From: Acaryochloris sp. IP29b_bin.176
GTDB lineage: Bacteria; Cyanobacteriota; Cyanobacteriia; Thermosynechococcales; Thermosynechococcaceae
Assembly: GCA_028285315.1 (NCBI GenBank)
Contig: JANQPU010000030.1
Coordinates: forward strand, 1 to 23,062
Length of the DNA stretch: 23,062 nucleotides
Direction of reading: 5' to 3'
Positions 1 through 10,755 of this stretch are shown here, piece by piece. Position 1 is the stretch's first letter. Each line of letters starts with the position of its first letter. A model generated the notes under the pieces. The model did not search any database and had not been told where the DNA came from. It was given only the letters and a program-made list of their open reading frames with translations. The position numbers and the translations under genes are program-made.

Positions 1-25
1 TGGGTCGATATGGGAGGTATTGGAA

Positions 26-65
26 CCCTCTGGATGAGTGAATGCATCGCATCCGAGGGTTTTTT
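26..65 (+). terminator. Rho-independent terminator-like hairpin followed by a T-run
   Basis: CCCTC(T)GGATG ... CATCCGAGGG arms followed by TTTTTT. The upstream gene is outside the window. Confidence 0.6.
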
Positions 66-340
66 ATGGCATGAATTAACTAGTTGTTTATACTCTAACC
101 ATTACTCCAAGCCCAGACCTGAGAAGAACTACGGAAATATTGATTTCATGTCGATAAAATCTGCCAGTAAATACACCCATCACTGCATTCCCCCTATGGA
201 ATAAAAGCCATTCCAGCATTAGAGGGATACGAATCTAGGGATATATTTCCTATACTCTAAATACGGTAATACGCCAGCAAAGCACTACAATCCTTTATCG
301 CTACCGTTGCCTGAATAAACATATTGCTTAGGGAGCAGGT

Positions 341-1718
341 ATGGAGACTCAACTCAATTCCAGCCCGACTAGTGTAGACACCGACTTTAATTTCTGGCAG
401 CACTGGTATCCAATTGCCCCCATTGAAGACTTAGATCCGCAACGTCCTACACCGATTACCTTACTAGGTCAGCATTTGGTCGTTTGGCAGCCCCTTCAGT
501 CTGACCAATATCTCGTTTTTCAAGATCAGTGCCCGCATCGATTAGCCCCGCTTAGTGAAGGCCGCATTGATGAGCAAACAGGCCACCTCATGTGTAGTTA
601 TCATGGTTGGCAATTTGATCAGGAAGGTCTTTGCACCCATTATTCCCCAAGCTGAAGCAGTGACCCCTCAACAATCTCAACGCTACTGCGTCACTCTCTT
701 ACCCAGCCAGGAGCACAGCGGGCTGTTGTGGGTGTGGCCGGATCCACAGACCCGAGATTTAGCTGCGGCCCAACCCTTGCCCATTTCTCCAATCATTGAT
801 GCGAGTCAAGGCTTTGTATGGTCCTCTGTCATGCGAGATCTGGCCTACGATTGGCAAACCTTAGTCGAAAATGTCTCTGATCCCAGTCATGTTCCTTTTG
901 CATATCATGGTGTTCAAGGAAATCGCAAGCAAGCGGCTCCTATTCCCATGGAAGTCCTGAAATCAACGCCGGAGTTAATCGAAGTGCAGACAACAGGGGC
1001 TTTCTCGACCCAGATTATTTTTCAGCTCCCCTGCCGATTGGAATATCAATTTTCCCTAGGCGAAGGACGACAAGCGGGAATGGTTACCTATTGTATTCCT
1101 ATTGCCCCTGGTCGGTCTCGCATTGTGGCCCTATTTGCCCGGAACTTTGCCAAAGGTTTGCAGCAAGTCATCCCCCGATGGTTAGAGCATATGAAAAATC
1201 GCAACCCAGTATTGGATGGCGACATGATTTTGTTACATGCTCAAGAAAAGCAGTTCCGTCAGCAAACTCAGCATCAAAGTTAGCAAACAGTCTACAAACT
1301 CCCCACTAGTGCTGATCGCCTTGTCATCAAATATCGACGATGGTTTGAGAAGTATTGCCAGGGACAAATTCCGTGGGGATCTGCCCACAACAATATCCCC
1401 GTCGCTTCCGAAAATTATGATCATTGGCAACCCCTAGGCGAGCAACGACCTCAAATCTTGGATCGGTATCACCAACACACCCTCATATGTAGCAGTTGTC
1501 GGCGGACTTTGAGCAGAATAAAGCTATTACAAAAAATTTTGGTGGGAGTCTTTGCGATCGCAATTGGTATAGCAGCAATCCTGCCTGATTCTGTCAGAGC
1601 GAACTGGGGAGTCCCCATCGTTCTAGCGGGACTTTTGGGTTTAGGAGCCCGTTACTGGTTGAAATATTGGCTTGAGCCCAGATTCTATTTTGTCGATTAT
1701 GTCCATGCAAATCGCTGA
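341..1718 (+). pseudogene. Rieske [2Fe-2S] oxygenase, pheophorbide a oxygenase (PaO)-like, broken by a frameshift and an in-frame stop
   Basis: Rieske motif CPH...CSYHGW in frame 2 (341-655). It continues in frame 3 as IPQAEAVTPQQ... with the NVSDPSHVPFAYHG iron site. TAG at 1281-1283, then frame 3 continues as QTVYKLPTSADRLVIKYRRWFEKY...DRYHQHTLICSSC and C-terminal hydrophobic helices. Confidence 0.85.
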
Positions 1719-2374
1719 AGGACAGCTGTTAGACAAAGCGTTTACAGCTACGGCCGCCGTCCCATTGGCACCGCTCAGGATAAGGCTATTTTGTAGCGCA
1801 TTCTATAACAGAATGTAAATGTCAATACCCCTAGAATTAGGGTGTCAGATCCTCTTGCACTCAGGTGAGTTGACCTAGGTGCCAAAGGATACAGTGTATT
1901 CAAATTAGAGATGGCTTACCACAAGACTTTGCTTAAAATAAGCATCTTCATCGTTGTTTGATGAATTTTTATTGACTTATATAAATTCTTCCTGATGTTT
2001 TGAGTGGATATCTAACTCAGTGGTGCCTGGAGTGCCCAGTTTCCCCGAATTGGGTGTCTCGGAATTGATCAAAAATCCGATAGCCTTTTCTAGTAAGGAT
2101 CTCAAGGTTTTTTGAAGATCTTATGGAGATCAAAATCTTGAGCGATACACAGAGTATTGCAAGTGCGATCGCCTCGCCAGTCCAGAAGAAGTAATAGGGA
2201 TCAAAAACGACGGGATCTTTACTCCAAAAGAATTTCAAGCATTTTTGCAGGTGTTTTTGGCTTTGTGTAAAGAACTGTATAGACTCCTGGCTATGTAAAC
2301 CATGAGTATTAAGTATTTTTTCTTAGCCTGTTTGGGACTAGTGGGAGGATATACTTCTAGAACAGAAACGCTTA

Positions 2375-2836
2375 ATGTTGTTGAGGTCGCGTATGGATTC
2401 GCCCCCTCCTATGTTGTTTGCGTCGATTACGGCTTTTTCCATGACGCTAGCCGTTTTCCTCTACATAGGACTTGGTGTACTAGGGATTGCCCTACGAAGA
2501 TTGCGACTCCGTCACGGTGAAGCTTCTTGGGGATGGTTACGTTATATCCACTATGGGTTGGGTATCACGCTAGTACTAACAATTTTAGAATTGATGACCA
2601 TTGGCATCTTGGGTGCTTCTACTTATGAAGGCACCTCAGGCCATTCTTCTCACTTGCCTGCGGGTCTATTAGTAGCTGGCTTAACCCTTGCCTCTGCTTG
2701 GGCAGCCAGCCGTGTACATCCTAAAAGGCCATGGGCTCGCCCCCTCCACGTCAGCATTAACGGCATGCTTTTCCTGGCTTTAACTGCTGTCTCTTGGACA
2801 GGATGGTCGGTCCTTCAGAATTACTTGCCCCAGTAG
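2375..2836 (+). CDS. DUF4079-like cyanobacterial membrane protein; the exact start is uncertain
   Basis: 153 aa ORF with about four hydrophobic segments and an HPKRPWARPLHVSINGMLFL C-terminal motif reminiscent of DUF4079 proteins. Confidence 0.6.
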   Translation: MLLRSRMDSPPPMLFASITAFSMTLAVFLYIGLGVLGIALRRLRLRHGEASWGWLRYIHYGLGITLVLTILELMTIGILGASTYEGTSGHSSHLPAGLLVAGLTLASAWAASRVHPKRPWARPLHVSINGMLFLALTAVSWTGWSVLQNYLPQ

Positions 2837-2902
2837 TGCCTGACAATTGGCCCATTAAACAGCCTGAATAATCAACAGTGTTCATGGAGTACCCAAGCAT
2901 TC

Positions 2903-3334
2903 ATGCAAAAGCTGAGTGGGTGCTGTCTCTGCGAAGGGATAGCCTATGAAATTGCTGGTGAGCTGGGTCCAATTTTTAACTGCCATTGCTCAAAGTGTAG
3001 GCGTTGGCATGGTGCTGCCTTTCGGACCCGAGCGACGATATCCACCGCACAATTTAGATGGATAAGAGGTCAAAAGTTGCTTTCTCGATATTACTCATCT
3101 GGGTTTGTCGTCAAGCATTTTTGCTCAGCCTGTGGTTCAAATTTAATTAGCACCTATGATAATGAGCTAGATAAGATTGGCATCCCATTAGGAGGACTGG
3201 AACAGTCTCCTAGCAACGAACCTGAGGGGCATATCTATGTGGGGTCCAAATCACCCTGGTTCAAGATTACAGATGACTTGCCTCAATACGACACTTGGCC
3301 TGGAAGTCATGCGAAGGTGCGTGAGACCAGATAA
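2903..3334 (+). CDS. GFA family protein (glutathione-dependent formaldehyde-activating enzyme/centromere protein V-like)
   Basis: Zn-binding cysteine pattern CCLCEG...NCHCSKCRRWHG...FCSACGSNL. Confidence 0.85.
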   Translation: MQKLSGCCLCEGIAYEIAGELGPIFNCHCSKCRRWHGAAFRTRATISTAQFRWIRGQKLLSRYYSSGFVVKHFCSACGSNLISTYDNELDKIGIPLGGLEQSPSNEPEGHIYVGSKSPWFKITDDLPQYDTWPGSHAKVRETR

Positions 3335-3389
3335 TTCGTCCTTATATTTCCTAATTTGTGGCATGGACCTGCAAATTTTAGTTTAAGGT

Positions 3390-4022
3390 CTATGCAGGCG
3401 GCTCACTCCCCTGCCAACGCTGGAGTGGGACGCAATCGATACCTAATTGATCCAAAGCCCGAGCCACCACAAAGTCTGCAAGATCTTCAATGGTTTTAGG
3501 ATTGTGATACCAAGCTGGAATGGCGGGTACGATCCGTGCTCCCGCTTCTGCCAAGGTCGTTAAATTTCGGAGGTGAATTAAGCTGAAGGGGGTTTCTCGC
3601 GGCACAATCACCAAAGGCCGTCGTTCCTTAAGGTGCACATCTGCTGTGCGCTCCAGTAGATCAGAGCTGAGACCACTGGCGATTTTAGCAACGGTACTCA
3701 TGCTGCAAGGGATCACAATCATGCCCAGAGTACGGAAGGAACCACTGGCGATCCCGGCCCCTACATTTGTGGCGGCATGACAGGTTAGATTCCCCCCCCA
3801 TGCGTCGGCTTGCTGACGCCAAAATTGCTCTTGTTTACTAGGGTCTGCCGGCATCCGAATATTTTGCTCTGCTTGCCAAACCTGGAAAGTGGCCTTGGAG
3901 GCAACCAGCTCAATCGAGTATTCTGCTCGCAACAGAAACTTAATCGTTCGCACGGCATAGAGTAAACCGGATGCACCCGAAACACCTAAAGTAACGGGTA
4001 ATAGAGAGTTAGAGTGAGACAC
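3390..4022 (-). CDS. ubiX: UbiX-family flavin prenyltransferase
   Basis: GVSGASG N-terminus; IPCSMSTVAKIASGLSSDLLERTADVHLKERRPLVIVPRETPFSLIHLRNLTTLAEAGA. Confidence 0.92.
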   Translation of the reverse strand: MSHSNSLLPVTLGVSGASGLLYAVRTIKFLLRAEYSIELVASKATFQVWQAEQNIRMPADPSKQEQFWRQQADAWGGNLTCHAATNVGAGIASGSFRTLGMIVIPCSMSTVAKIASGLSSDLLERTADVHLKERRPLVIVPRETPFSLIHLRNLTTLAEAGARIVPAIPAWYHNPKTIEDLADFVVARALDQLGIDCVPLQRWQGSEPPA

Positions 4023-4220
4023 AAGCGCAGGCCATAGAATAGCAATAGTTCGTCTAAGCGAAACGTTTCATTATAACGCTGCTATCTTGTCTTCCTCACA
4101 GGGAGAGCGATCCCCAGCCGAGCCTTAGGATATATGTTGATTGCAGGATTCATTACGATAGGAAAGCAAGAATACAGGGCATTATTCCCATAAACGTACA
4201 CTGGTACTGAGGCCCCCAGA

Positions 4221-4700
4221 TTGAAACAACTTCCCCTTATTTCTAGAGGCATCACCCTTCTCTGTTGGTTATTGTGGATGGCCGTAATGGTCCAATTTTC
4301 TACCCAGCGATGGGGAGGAGAACAAACCCAGTCTATTTTGACGACTATCCTTCAATGGGGATTACCAGATTTGCTCAACATTTTGAGCTTGGAACAACTG
4401 AACACTTTGAATTTCGTGGTTCGGAAGGGAGCCCATTTAACGGAATATGCGATTCTCACTACATTTTGTTTCTCCATGGGTACGGTTGGACTCCAAAAGC
4501 CTTGGAAATCGGCATTACCCTGTGCGGTCTTGGGATCTGCCCTATTTGCCATCACCGATGAAATCCATCAGAGCTTTGTCCCTAGTCGGGGGGCCTCTCC
4601 CATGGATGTGCTGATTGATATTACAGGTGCACTGATAGCGGCGGGCTTGATTAGTATTTGGCACATCCGTTTTAATCCAGAGACAAAACAAAGCCTATGA
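4221..4700 (+). CDS. VanZ family protein
   Basis: Hydrophobic protein with KGAHLTEYAILT and DEIHQSFVPSRGASPMDVLIDITGA motifs typical of VanZ-like proteins. Confidence 0.85.
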   Translation: MKQLPLISRGITLLCWLLWMAVMVQFSTQRWGGEQTQSILTTILQWGLPDLLNILSLEQLNTLNFVVRKGAHLTEYAILTTFCFSMGTVGLQKPWKSALPCAVLGSALFAITDEIHQSFVPSRGASPMDVLIDITGALIAAGLISIWHIRFNPETKQSL

Positions 4701-5074
4701 CTATCACTCAGTTTTTACATGCAGCTGTTCTCGTTCAAGATCTGGAGCGCTCCCGACATTTTTACGGGGAGGTGTTGGGATTATCAGAATGTCCTCGCCC
4801 CTTTGACTTTCCAGGGGCTTGGTACCAAATCGGGGCCCAACAACTACACATCATCGTGTCCCAAGATTACTGTGCTGAGCAGGTGGATCTGGAACGATGG
4901 GGGCGGAATCGCCATGTTGCTTTGGCTGTCACCAATTTAGAGGACTGTCAAACACAACTAAAAGCAGCCGAAGTCCCCTATCAATTCAGCCACTCTGGCC
5001 GAGCAGCTTTGTTTGTTCACGACCCTGACGGTAATGTTATTGAGCTGAGCCAAGTCGATGCCCCATCTCGCTAG
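4697..5074 (+). CDS. VOC (glyoxalase/bleomycin resistance) superfamily protein
   Basis: FLHAAVLVQDLERSRHFYGEVLGLSE ... HVALAVTNLEDCQTQLKAAEV ... FVHDPDGNVIELSQ. It overlaps the upstream stop by 4 nt (ATGA). Confidence 0.9.
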   Translation: MTITQFLHAAVLVQDLERSRHFYGEVLGLSECPRPFDFPGAWYQIGAQQLHIIVSQDYCAEQVDLERWGRNRHVALAVTNLEDCQTQLKAAEVPYQFSHSGRAALFVHDPDGNVIELSQVDAPSR

Positions 5075-5846
5075 GATTGATCTTTATCCCTTCAAGTCTT
5101 TGGATGGCATTACAGTCCAAACAGCTAACCTTTTGGCGAGTGGTGCCCTGGAGCATGATCGAGAATATGCCTGTTTCGACCGCCAGGGAAAGGTAGTTAA
5201 TGGGAAGCGATTGGCCCAGATTCATGGGTTGCGATCGCAGTTCTCCAATGACTACCAAACCCTAACGCTGCAAGCCCCGGACAGTGAACTTCAAACATTC
5301 CACTTAGAGCAAGATCGCGACGCCTTAACAGCTTGGCTGAGTCATTTTTTTCAGATTGACATCCAAGTGCGGCAAAATTCGGAATCTGGGTTTCCCGACG
5401 ATACCGATTCTCCTGGCCCGACCCTCATTAGTACGGCTACGCTTGAGACAGTAGCCGATTGGTACCCTAATCTGACAGTAACAGAGCTACGCCGCCGCCT
5501 GCGCTCCAACTTAGAAATTGGAGGTGTGCCTCCATTTTGGGAAGATCAACTCTTCGCCGATGCCGACCACGTTGTTCAGTTTCAAATCGGGTCAGTGCTC
5601 CTAGAAGGCGTTAATCCTTGCCAAAGATGTATCGTTCCCACCCGTGATCCCCAGACTGGTATTGCCACCCCCAAATTTCAAAAGACATTGATGCAAAATC
5701 GGCAACAGTCTTTGCCAAACTGGGTTAATCCAGCCCGCTTTAATCATTTCTATCGATTGGCGGTCAATACTCGGATTCCGCAGGGTACAGGCTCTGTCTT
5801 AACTCAGGGAGATGAGGTCACCATTAAAGGTCTTGTGGAAGCTTAG
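5058..5846 (+). CDS. MOSC domain-containing protein with MOSC N-terminal beta-barrel domain
   Basis: IDLYPFKSLDGITVQ N-terminal motif; QIGSVLLEGVNPCQRCIVPTRDPQTG; TRIPQGTGSVLTQGDEV. Confidence 0.88.
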   Translation: MPHLARIDLYPFKSLDGITVQTANLLASGALEHDREYACFDRQGKVVNGKRLAQIHGLRSQFSNDYQTLTLQAPDSELQTFHLEQDRDALTAWLSHFFQIDIQVRQNSESGFPDDTDSPGPTLISTATLETVADWYPNLTVTELRRRLRSNLEIGGVPPFWEDQLFADADHVVQFQIGSVLLEGVNPCQRCIVPTRDPQTGIATPKFQKTLMQNRQQSLPNWVNPARFNHFYRLAVNTRIPQGTGSVLTQGDEVTIKGLVEA

Positions 5847-5921
5847 ACATTCTTCTTGGAACCCTGTGGTCAATGGGGGTCGACGATGCTCCATGAAACC
5901 TAACTCCCGTTTATTCCAAAA

Positions 5922-6083
5922 TTAAGCTTTGATGCTGCACTCGCCCCATTGTTTAAGCCAGTGATGCGTATCAGATGGATAGTCAGGCTTCATAATATTC
6001 AGTAGCCAACGTGGAACATCTGTCTGTCTCCACTGGAAGTGAGCAAGATGGATATAGTTCTGATAAACGTGCTCAGGGTAACT
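5922..6083 (-). other. Possible ATG-less coding fragment of about 53 codons immediately downstream of uvrA
   Basis: Manual reverse-strand translation: [53 protein letters not shown]. The composition is protein-like and the fragment is absent from the ORF track. Confidence 0.35.
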
Positions 6084-9000
6084 TCACCGGAGGATGCAGC
6101 GTTAAACTCTGTTTAAGATATTGCCCCGTATAGGATTCAGACACATTCGCAACCATCTCTGGTGTGCCAGTTGCTACTAATTTACCCCCGCGATCGCCCC
6201 CATCTGGCCCCAGATCAATCACCCAATCTGAGCAGCGAATCACATCTAAATTATGCTCAATCACCAACACTGAATTGCCCTTATCCACCAGCCGTTGCAA
6301 CACATCCAGCAACTTGTGGACATCATAAAATGATAACCCCGTTGTCGGTTCATCAATTAGATAGAGGGTTTTACCCGTCGCCCGGCGGGACAGCTCCGTC
6401 GCCAGCTTCAACCGCTGGGCTTCCCCACCCGATAACGTTGGTGCTGTCTGTCCTAACCGCACATAACCCAACCCCACATCCACCATCGTTTGCAGCTTAT
6501 TCGCCGCCTTGGGGATATTTTCACAAAATTTGAGGGCTTCCTCCGCCGTCATCGCCAGCACATCTGCAATCGATTGGCCCTTATATTTGACTTGTAGGGT
6601 TTCTCGGTTATAGCGTGCTCCTTTGCAGACCTCACACTGGACATAAACATCTGGGAGAAAATTCATTTCAATTACGTTAACGCCTTGCCCGCCACAGGCT
6701 TCGCAGCGACCGCCCTTCACATTGAAGGAAAACCGACCGGGTTTATAGCCTCGGGCTTTGGCTTCCACTGTTTCTGAAAACACACTCCGGATCACGTCAA
6801 ACACCCCGGTATAGGTCGCAGGGTTGGAGCGAGGCGTGCGACCGATAGGGGATTGGTCAATGACGATGGCTTTATCCAAACTCTTGAGACCCGAGACCCG
6901 ATCTAGCTCATTGGGAAAGGGCACCTTAAACCCCAAGTAATGCTGCAAAGCGGGATACAGCAGCTCATTCATCAGCGTCGATTTACCCGACCCCGATACG
7001 CCCGTAATGCAGACCAGCTTGCCTAAGGGAATCTCAACCTCAAGACTTTGGAGATTGTTGCGATAGGCATTGTGGAGCCGCAGGGCTCGACCATTTCCCG
7101 ATCGTCGCTCAGCCGGAGTAGGGATGACTCGTTTCCCTGATAGATAAGCCCCTGTGAGCGAGTCGGGGCTATCCAGCAGATCTTCTAATCCTCCCTGAAC
7201 CACGATGTTGCCGCCGTGAACCCCCGCTTCTGGACCAATATCCACCAGATAGTCCGCTGCTCGAATCGTATCCTCATCATGCTCCACCACGATCAAAGTA
7301 TTGCCGAGGTCTCGCAGTTTGGTTAGGGTTTGCAACAACCGATGATTATCCCGCTGATGTAGGCCAATACTGGGTTCGTCCAAAACGTACAGAACCCCCG
7401 TTAGGCCCGCTCCAATTTGCGTTGCCAGACGAATCCGCTGAGCTTCACCTCCCGAGAGGGTCATGGCCGTGCGGTCTAGAGTGAGATAATCCAGACCCAC
7501 GTCCAGCAGAAACTGCAACCGGGCTTTAATTTCCTTAAGCACCAGCTCGCCGATTTGGGCCTGGCGAGCACTGAGGGTCATGGCGTTAATCCGCTTTAAG
7601 CAGTCACGGATGGAGGCTCCTGTCAGATCCGGTAGACAAAACTGGCCCATGCGTACTGACAGCGCTTCTGGCTTCAGACGTCTGCCTTCGCAGACTTCAC
7701 AAGACCGCTGAATTAAATATTTTTCCAGTTTTTGCCGATACTGATCGGAAGTGGTTTCCCGATAATGCCGATCCAGGAGCGGAATCACACCCTCATAGCG
7801 TTTGTGGTAGCCTTTTGATTCTCGATAGCGCGAATCCACTTCCATATAGATGGGCTCTTTGGTGCCATGCAAGATGATGTGGCGCTGCTCATCCGTCAGC
7901 TCGGCCCAACTGGATTGCAGCTCAAAGCCAAAGGCCTGCCCTACGCTGTAAAGTAGGGAAAAATAGTAGGTATTATCTTTCTCCGACCAAGGAGCAATGG
8001 CCGCATAGACGGGCAAATTGGGGTCCGGTACAATCAAATCTTCGGAAAAGACCTTAAGACTACCTAGACCATGGCATTCTGGGCAAGCTCCATAGGGTGA
8101 GTTAAAGGAAAATAAGCGGGGCGACAGTTCTTCCATCACTGCCCCATGCTCGGGACAAGCAAAGTTTTCGGAAAAGACAAAGAGCTTGGGCTGGGCCTCG
8201 TCACCGTAACTGCCTTCTGCTTCGGCCACCTTAAGCGACTTGGCCTGGGTAATGGGCACCACCTTATCGGAGGGTGTGGGCAGCACCTCCACCATAACGA
8301 TGCCTTCAGCTCGTTGTAGTCCGGTGGAGAGGGAATCTGCTAGCCGTTCTTCAATCCCTGGCTTCATCACCAATCGATCAACCACCACTTCAATATCATG
8401 CTTGAAGTTTTTATCCAGATCGATGGCATCGCTGAGTTCTCGAACTTCGCCATTCGCCCGAACTCGGACAAATCCTTCCGAAGCCAGACTAGAGAGTAGC
8501 TTTTTATGGGTGCCTTTTTTGCCGCGAACCACGGGGGCCAAAATTTGGAACCGCGCTTTCTCCGGCAGTTCCATGACTTGATCTACCATCTGATCAATAG
8601 TTTGGGGTGTGATGGTGCGATCGCAATGGGGACAATGGGGCTCACCCGCCCGTCCATAGAGTAAACGCAGATAGTCGTAAATCTCTGTCACCGTACCGAC
8701 AGTAGACCGGGGATTGTGGGAGGTGGATTTTTGGTCAATGGAGATGGCAGGACTCAGACCCTCAATGGCGTCTACATCGGGCTTATCGACCTGGCCTAGA
8801 AACTGGCGAGCATAGGCACTGAGAGATTCCACATAGCGTCGCTGCCCCTCGGCAAAGATGGTGTCAAAGGCTAGCGAAGATTTTCCCGATCCCGACACGC
8901 CTGTAAACACGATCAACTGATCGCGGGGCAAGTCTAAGTCAATATTTTTGAGGTTATGCTGACGAGCCCCCCGAATCCGAATCTGATGGTCTTCGGGAAT

Positions 9001-9087
9001 CTTGACTGCCTTGACCCGACCATTGGTAGATGAACGACTGGCCGCTGCTTTTTTCTCTTGTTTGGGAGCATCAGCACGGCGAGGCAT
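6073..9087 (-). CDS. uvrA: Excinuclease ABC subunit UvrA
   Basis: 1004 aa; [38 protein letters not shown]; duplicated LSGGEAQR signatures; Zn motifs CPHCDRTI and CEACGGQG...CEVCKG. Confidence 0.99.
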   Translation of the reverse strand: MPRRADAPKQEKKAAASRSSTNGRVKAVKIPEDHQIRIRGARQHNLKNIDLDLPRDQLIVFTGVSGSGKSSLAFDTIFAEGQRRYVESLSAYARQFLGQVDKPDVDAIEGLSPAISIDQKSTSHNPRSTVGTVTEIYDYLRLLYGRAGEPHCPHCDRTITPQTIDQMVDQVMELPEKARFQILAPVVRGKKGTHKKLLSSLASEGFVRVRANGEVRELSDAIDLDKNFKHDIEVVVDRLVMKPGIEERLADSLSTGLQRAEGIVMVEVLPTPSDKVVPITQAKSLKVAEAEGSYGDEAQPKLFVFSENFACPEHGAVMEELSPRLFSFNSPYGACPECHGLGSLKVFSEDLIVPDPNLPVYAAIAPWSEKDNTYYFSLLYSVGQAFGFELQSSWAELTDEQRHIILHGTKEPIYMEVDSRYRESKGYHKRYEGVIPLLDRHYRETTSDQYRQKLEKYLIQRSCEVCEGRRLKPEALSVRMGQFCLPDLTGASIRDCLKRINAMTLSARQAQIGELVLKEIKARLQFLLDVGLDYLTLDRTAMTLSGGEAQRIRLATQIGAGLTGVLYVLDEPSIGLHQRDNHRLLQTLTKLRDLGNTLIVVEHDEDTIRAADYLVDIGPEAGVHGGNIVVQGGLEDLLDSPDSLTGAYLSGKRVIPTPAERRSGNGRALRLHNAYRNNLQSLEVEIPLGKLVCITGVSGSGKSTLMNELLYPALQHYLGFKVPFPNELDRVSGLKSLDKAIVIDQSPIGRTPRSNPATYTGVFDVIRSVFSETVEAKARGYKPGRFSFNVKGGRCEACGGQGVNVIEMNFLPDVYVQCEVCKGARYNRETLQVKYKGQSIADVLAMTAEEALKFCENIPKAANKLQTMVDVGLGYVRLGQTAPTLSGGEAQRLKLATELSRRATGKTLYLIDEPTTGLSFYDVHKLLDVLQRLVDKGNSVLVIEHNLDVIRCSDWVIDLGPDGGDRGGKLVATGTPEMVANVSESYTGQYLKQSLTLHPPVKLP

Positions 9088-9148
9088 AGAAACATTTTGA
9101 AAAATTACTTAATAATTCTACCGCTAATTTGTAAGCTTCCTGAGGCTT

Positions 9149-9712
9149 TTAGCCGACGGATCTAGGTTTTGCGGTCAACCATTTAGCTGCAAGGCCGCCG
9201 CCGATAAATCCAAATAGATGACCTTCCCAGGAAATATGGGGCATCGTTGGCAACAATCCAAATAGCAAACTGCCATAGACAATTGCCACAAACACCGACA
9301 AGGTGATGGCGGGCCAACTCCGTTCAAAGTATCCTCGTAAGAGAATGTAACCGAGGTAACCAAATACTAAACCGCTGGCTCCAATATGGACGGTATTATT
9401 CCCACCAAACAACCATGTACCTAAGCCCCCCACTAACATCACGATCAAGCTGACGGAGAAAAAATCCATAATCCGGCGGACCATTACCAGCCCGCCCAAG
9501 ATTAGAAAGGGGGCTGTATTCGCCAATAAATGCCTAAAGTTTCCGTGCAGAAAGGGCGCTAATAGAATACCCCGTAGACCGACTAGGGTACGGGGTTGAA
9601 TGCCAAACTGAATAAGTGAATCACCTGTCATCCAATTTAGAATTTGGATGCTCCAAAGTGCGATCGCACTCAGTCCTAAAATTTGTAGTTGGGTTTTGAG
9701 CTGCTCTCTCAT
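9149..9712 (-). CDS. Rhomboid family intramembrane serine protease
   Basis: Multiple hydrophobic segments; HGNFRHLLANT; catalytic GASG motif (HIGASGLVFGYLG); C-terminal WEGHLFGFIGG histidine. Confidence 0.92.
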   Translation of the reverse strand: MREQLKTQLQILGLSAIALWSIQILNWMTGDSLIQFGIQPRTLVGLRGILLAPFLHGNFRHLLANTAPFLILGGLVMVRRIMDFFSVSLIVMLVGGLGTWLFGGNNTVHIGASGLVFGYLGYILLRGYFERSWPAITLSVFVAIVYGSLLFGLLPTMPHISWEGHLFGFIGGGLAAKWLTAKPRSVG

Positions 9713-9802
9713 ACGGGTTGCGATGCACTACCTCTCAAGCATAGTCAGCTCAGAGCTGAGATTGCCACTCTTGCCCAAAAATGAAATAGCAGTTCTAACT
9801 TG

Positions 9803-10108
9803 CTACCACTTCAGCAAATTGAACTGTTCCATGTCGACAGTATCGCGGTTCCGGTAGATGGATAGAATAATCGCCAATCCTACAGCGGCCTCAGCTGCAG
9901 CAATGGTAATCACGAACACCGTAAACACTTGGCCGTTAATATTTTGGCCATCCAGAAAGTTTGAGAAAGCCACTAAATTGATATTGACAGCATTTAAGAG
10001 CAATTCCACCGACATCAATACCCGCACTGCGTTACGGCTCGTCACCAGACCATAGATACCAATACAAAATAAGGCAGCCGCTAAGAGTAAAAAGAACTCA
10101 AGGTTCAT
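9803..10108 (-). CDS. ndhE: NAD(P)H-quinone oxidoreductase subunit 4L (NdhE)
   Basis: 101 aa NuoK-like protein; [17 protein letters not shown] ... [30 protein letters not shown]. Confidence 0.97.
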   Translation of the reverse strand: MNLEFFLLLAAALFCIGIYGLVTSRNAVRVLMSVELLLNAVNINLVAFSNFLDGQNINGQVFTVFVITIAAAEAAVGLAIILSIYRNRDTVDMEQFNLLKW

Positions 10109-10154
10109 AGGGATTCTCTAAATTTTTCCAACAAGACTTGACAGGTTTATATCA

Positions 10155-10751
10155 TTAAGCAATGGGTTCTTTGGGACGTTCTGGCAACTCCAGCACGGGG
10201 GCTGGTTCTTCGCCCACAATCGCCGTTTCCTCACCAATAATTGTTTCCCGACGAGCCAGGACCACTGCACCCACCAAGGCCATTAGCAGTAAAATCGATG
10301 CTAATTCGAAGGGCAACAAATAATCGCTGAAAAAATGGAGACCAATGGTCTCAACAGAGGAAGAAGGTGGACTCAAAGAGAGATCAACCGTCCAGTTGGT
10401 TTGCAACACCATCGTTGCCAGAAGTGTAAACAGGGCTAGCGACACGAACGCCGTTGAGATTTTACGAATCCATCGCCGAGGCAACGGCTTGAAAGCTTCC
10501 CGTTTATTCACTAGCATGATCGCAAACAGAATGAGCACATTCACCGCCCCGACATAAATGAGGATTTGGGCTGCAGAGACAAAATCAGCGTTCAGCAAAA
10601 TATAGAGTCCGGCAATACTGATAAACACAGCCCCTAGGGTAAAGGCTGAATACACAATGTTCTCAAATAAGACCACACCTAGGGCAGCAGCCAACATCAT
10701 GACAGACAAAAGAACGAGGGATACTAGCTGAACCCCTTCTGCTAGATTCAC
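10155..10751 (-). CDS. ndhG: NAD(P)H-quinone oxidoreductase subunit 6 (NdhG); GTG start proposed
   Basis: NLAEGVQLVSLVLLSVMMLAAALGVVLFENIVYSAFTLG...; the GTG at 10751-10749 is preceded by AAGGAGGG. The track ORF begins upstream at 10850, inside ndhI. Confidence 0.93.
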   Translation of the reverse strand: MNLAEGVQLVSLVLLSVMMLAAALGVVLFENIVYSAFTLGAVFISIAGLYILLNADFVSAAQILIYVGAVNVLILFAIMLVNKREAFKPLPRRWIRKISTAFVSLALFTLLATMVLQTNWTVDLSLSPPSSSVETIGLHFFSDYLLPFELASILLLMALVGAVVLARRETIIGEETAIVGEEPAPVLELPERPKEPIA

Positions 10752-10755
10752 TGAT

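Noticed and set aside
555-1283. Treating the Rieske frame-3 ORF as an independent 242-aa protein
   Set aside because: Its first ~29 codons are the wrong-frame translation of the Rieske domain; homology begins only at IPQAEAV at the indel, so it is part of one broken gene.
2017-2238. 73-aa minus-strand ORF with a hydrophobic stretch
   Set aside because: Non-ATG start, no RBS recognised and no family resemblance; not supported as a gene.
2302-2520. 72-aa plus-strand ORF overlapping the DUF4079-like gene
   Set aside because: Out-of-frame overlap with a better-supported membrane protein ORF, and low protein-like character.
6162-6533. 123-aa plus-strand ORF antisense to uvrA
   Set aside because: Proline/serine-rich translation of the antisense strand of a conserved gene; typical shadow ORF.
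8240-8581. 113-aa plus-strand ORF antisense to uvrA
   Set aside because: Serine/arginine-rich shadow ORF with no motif.
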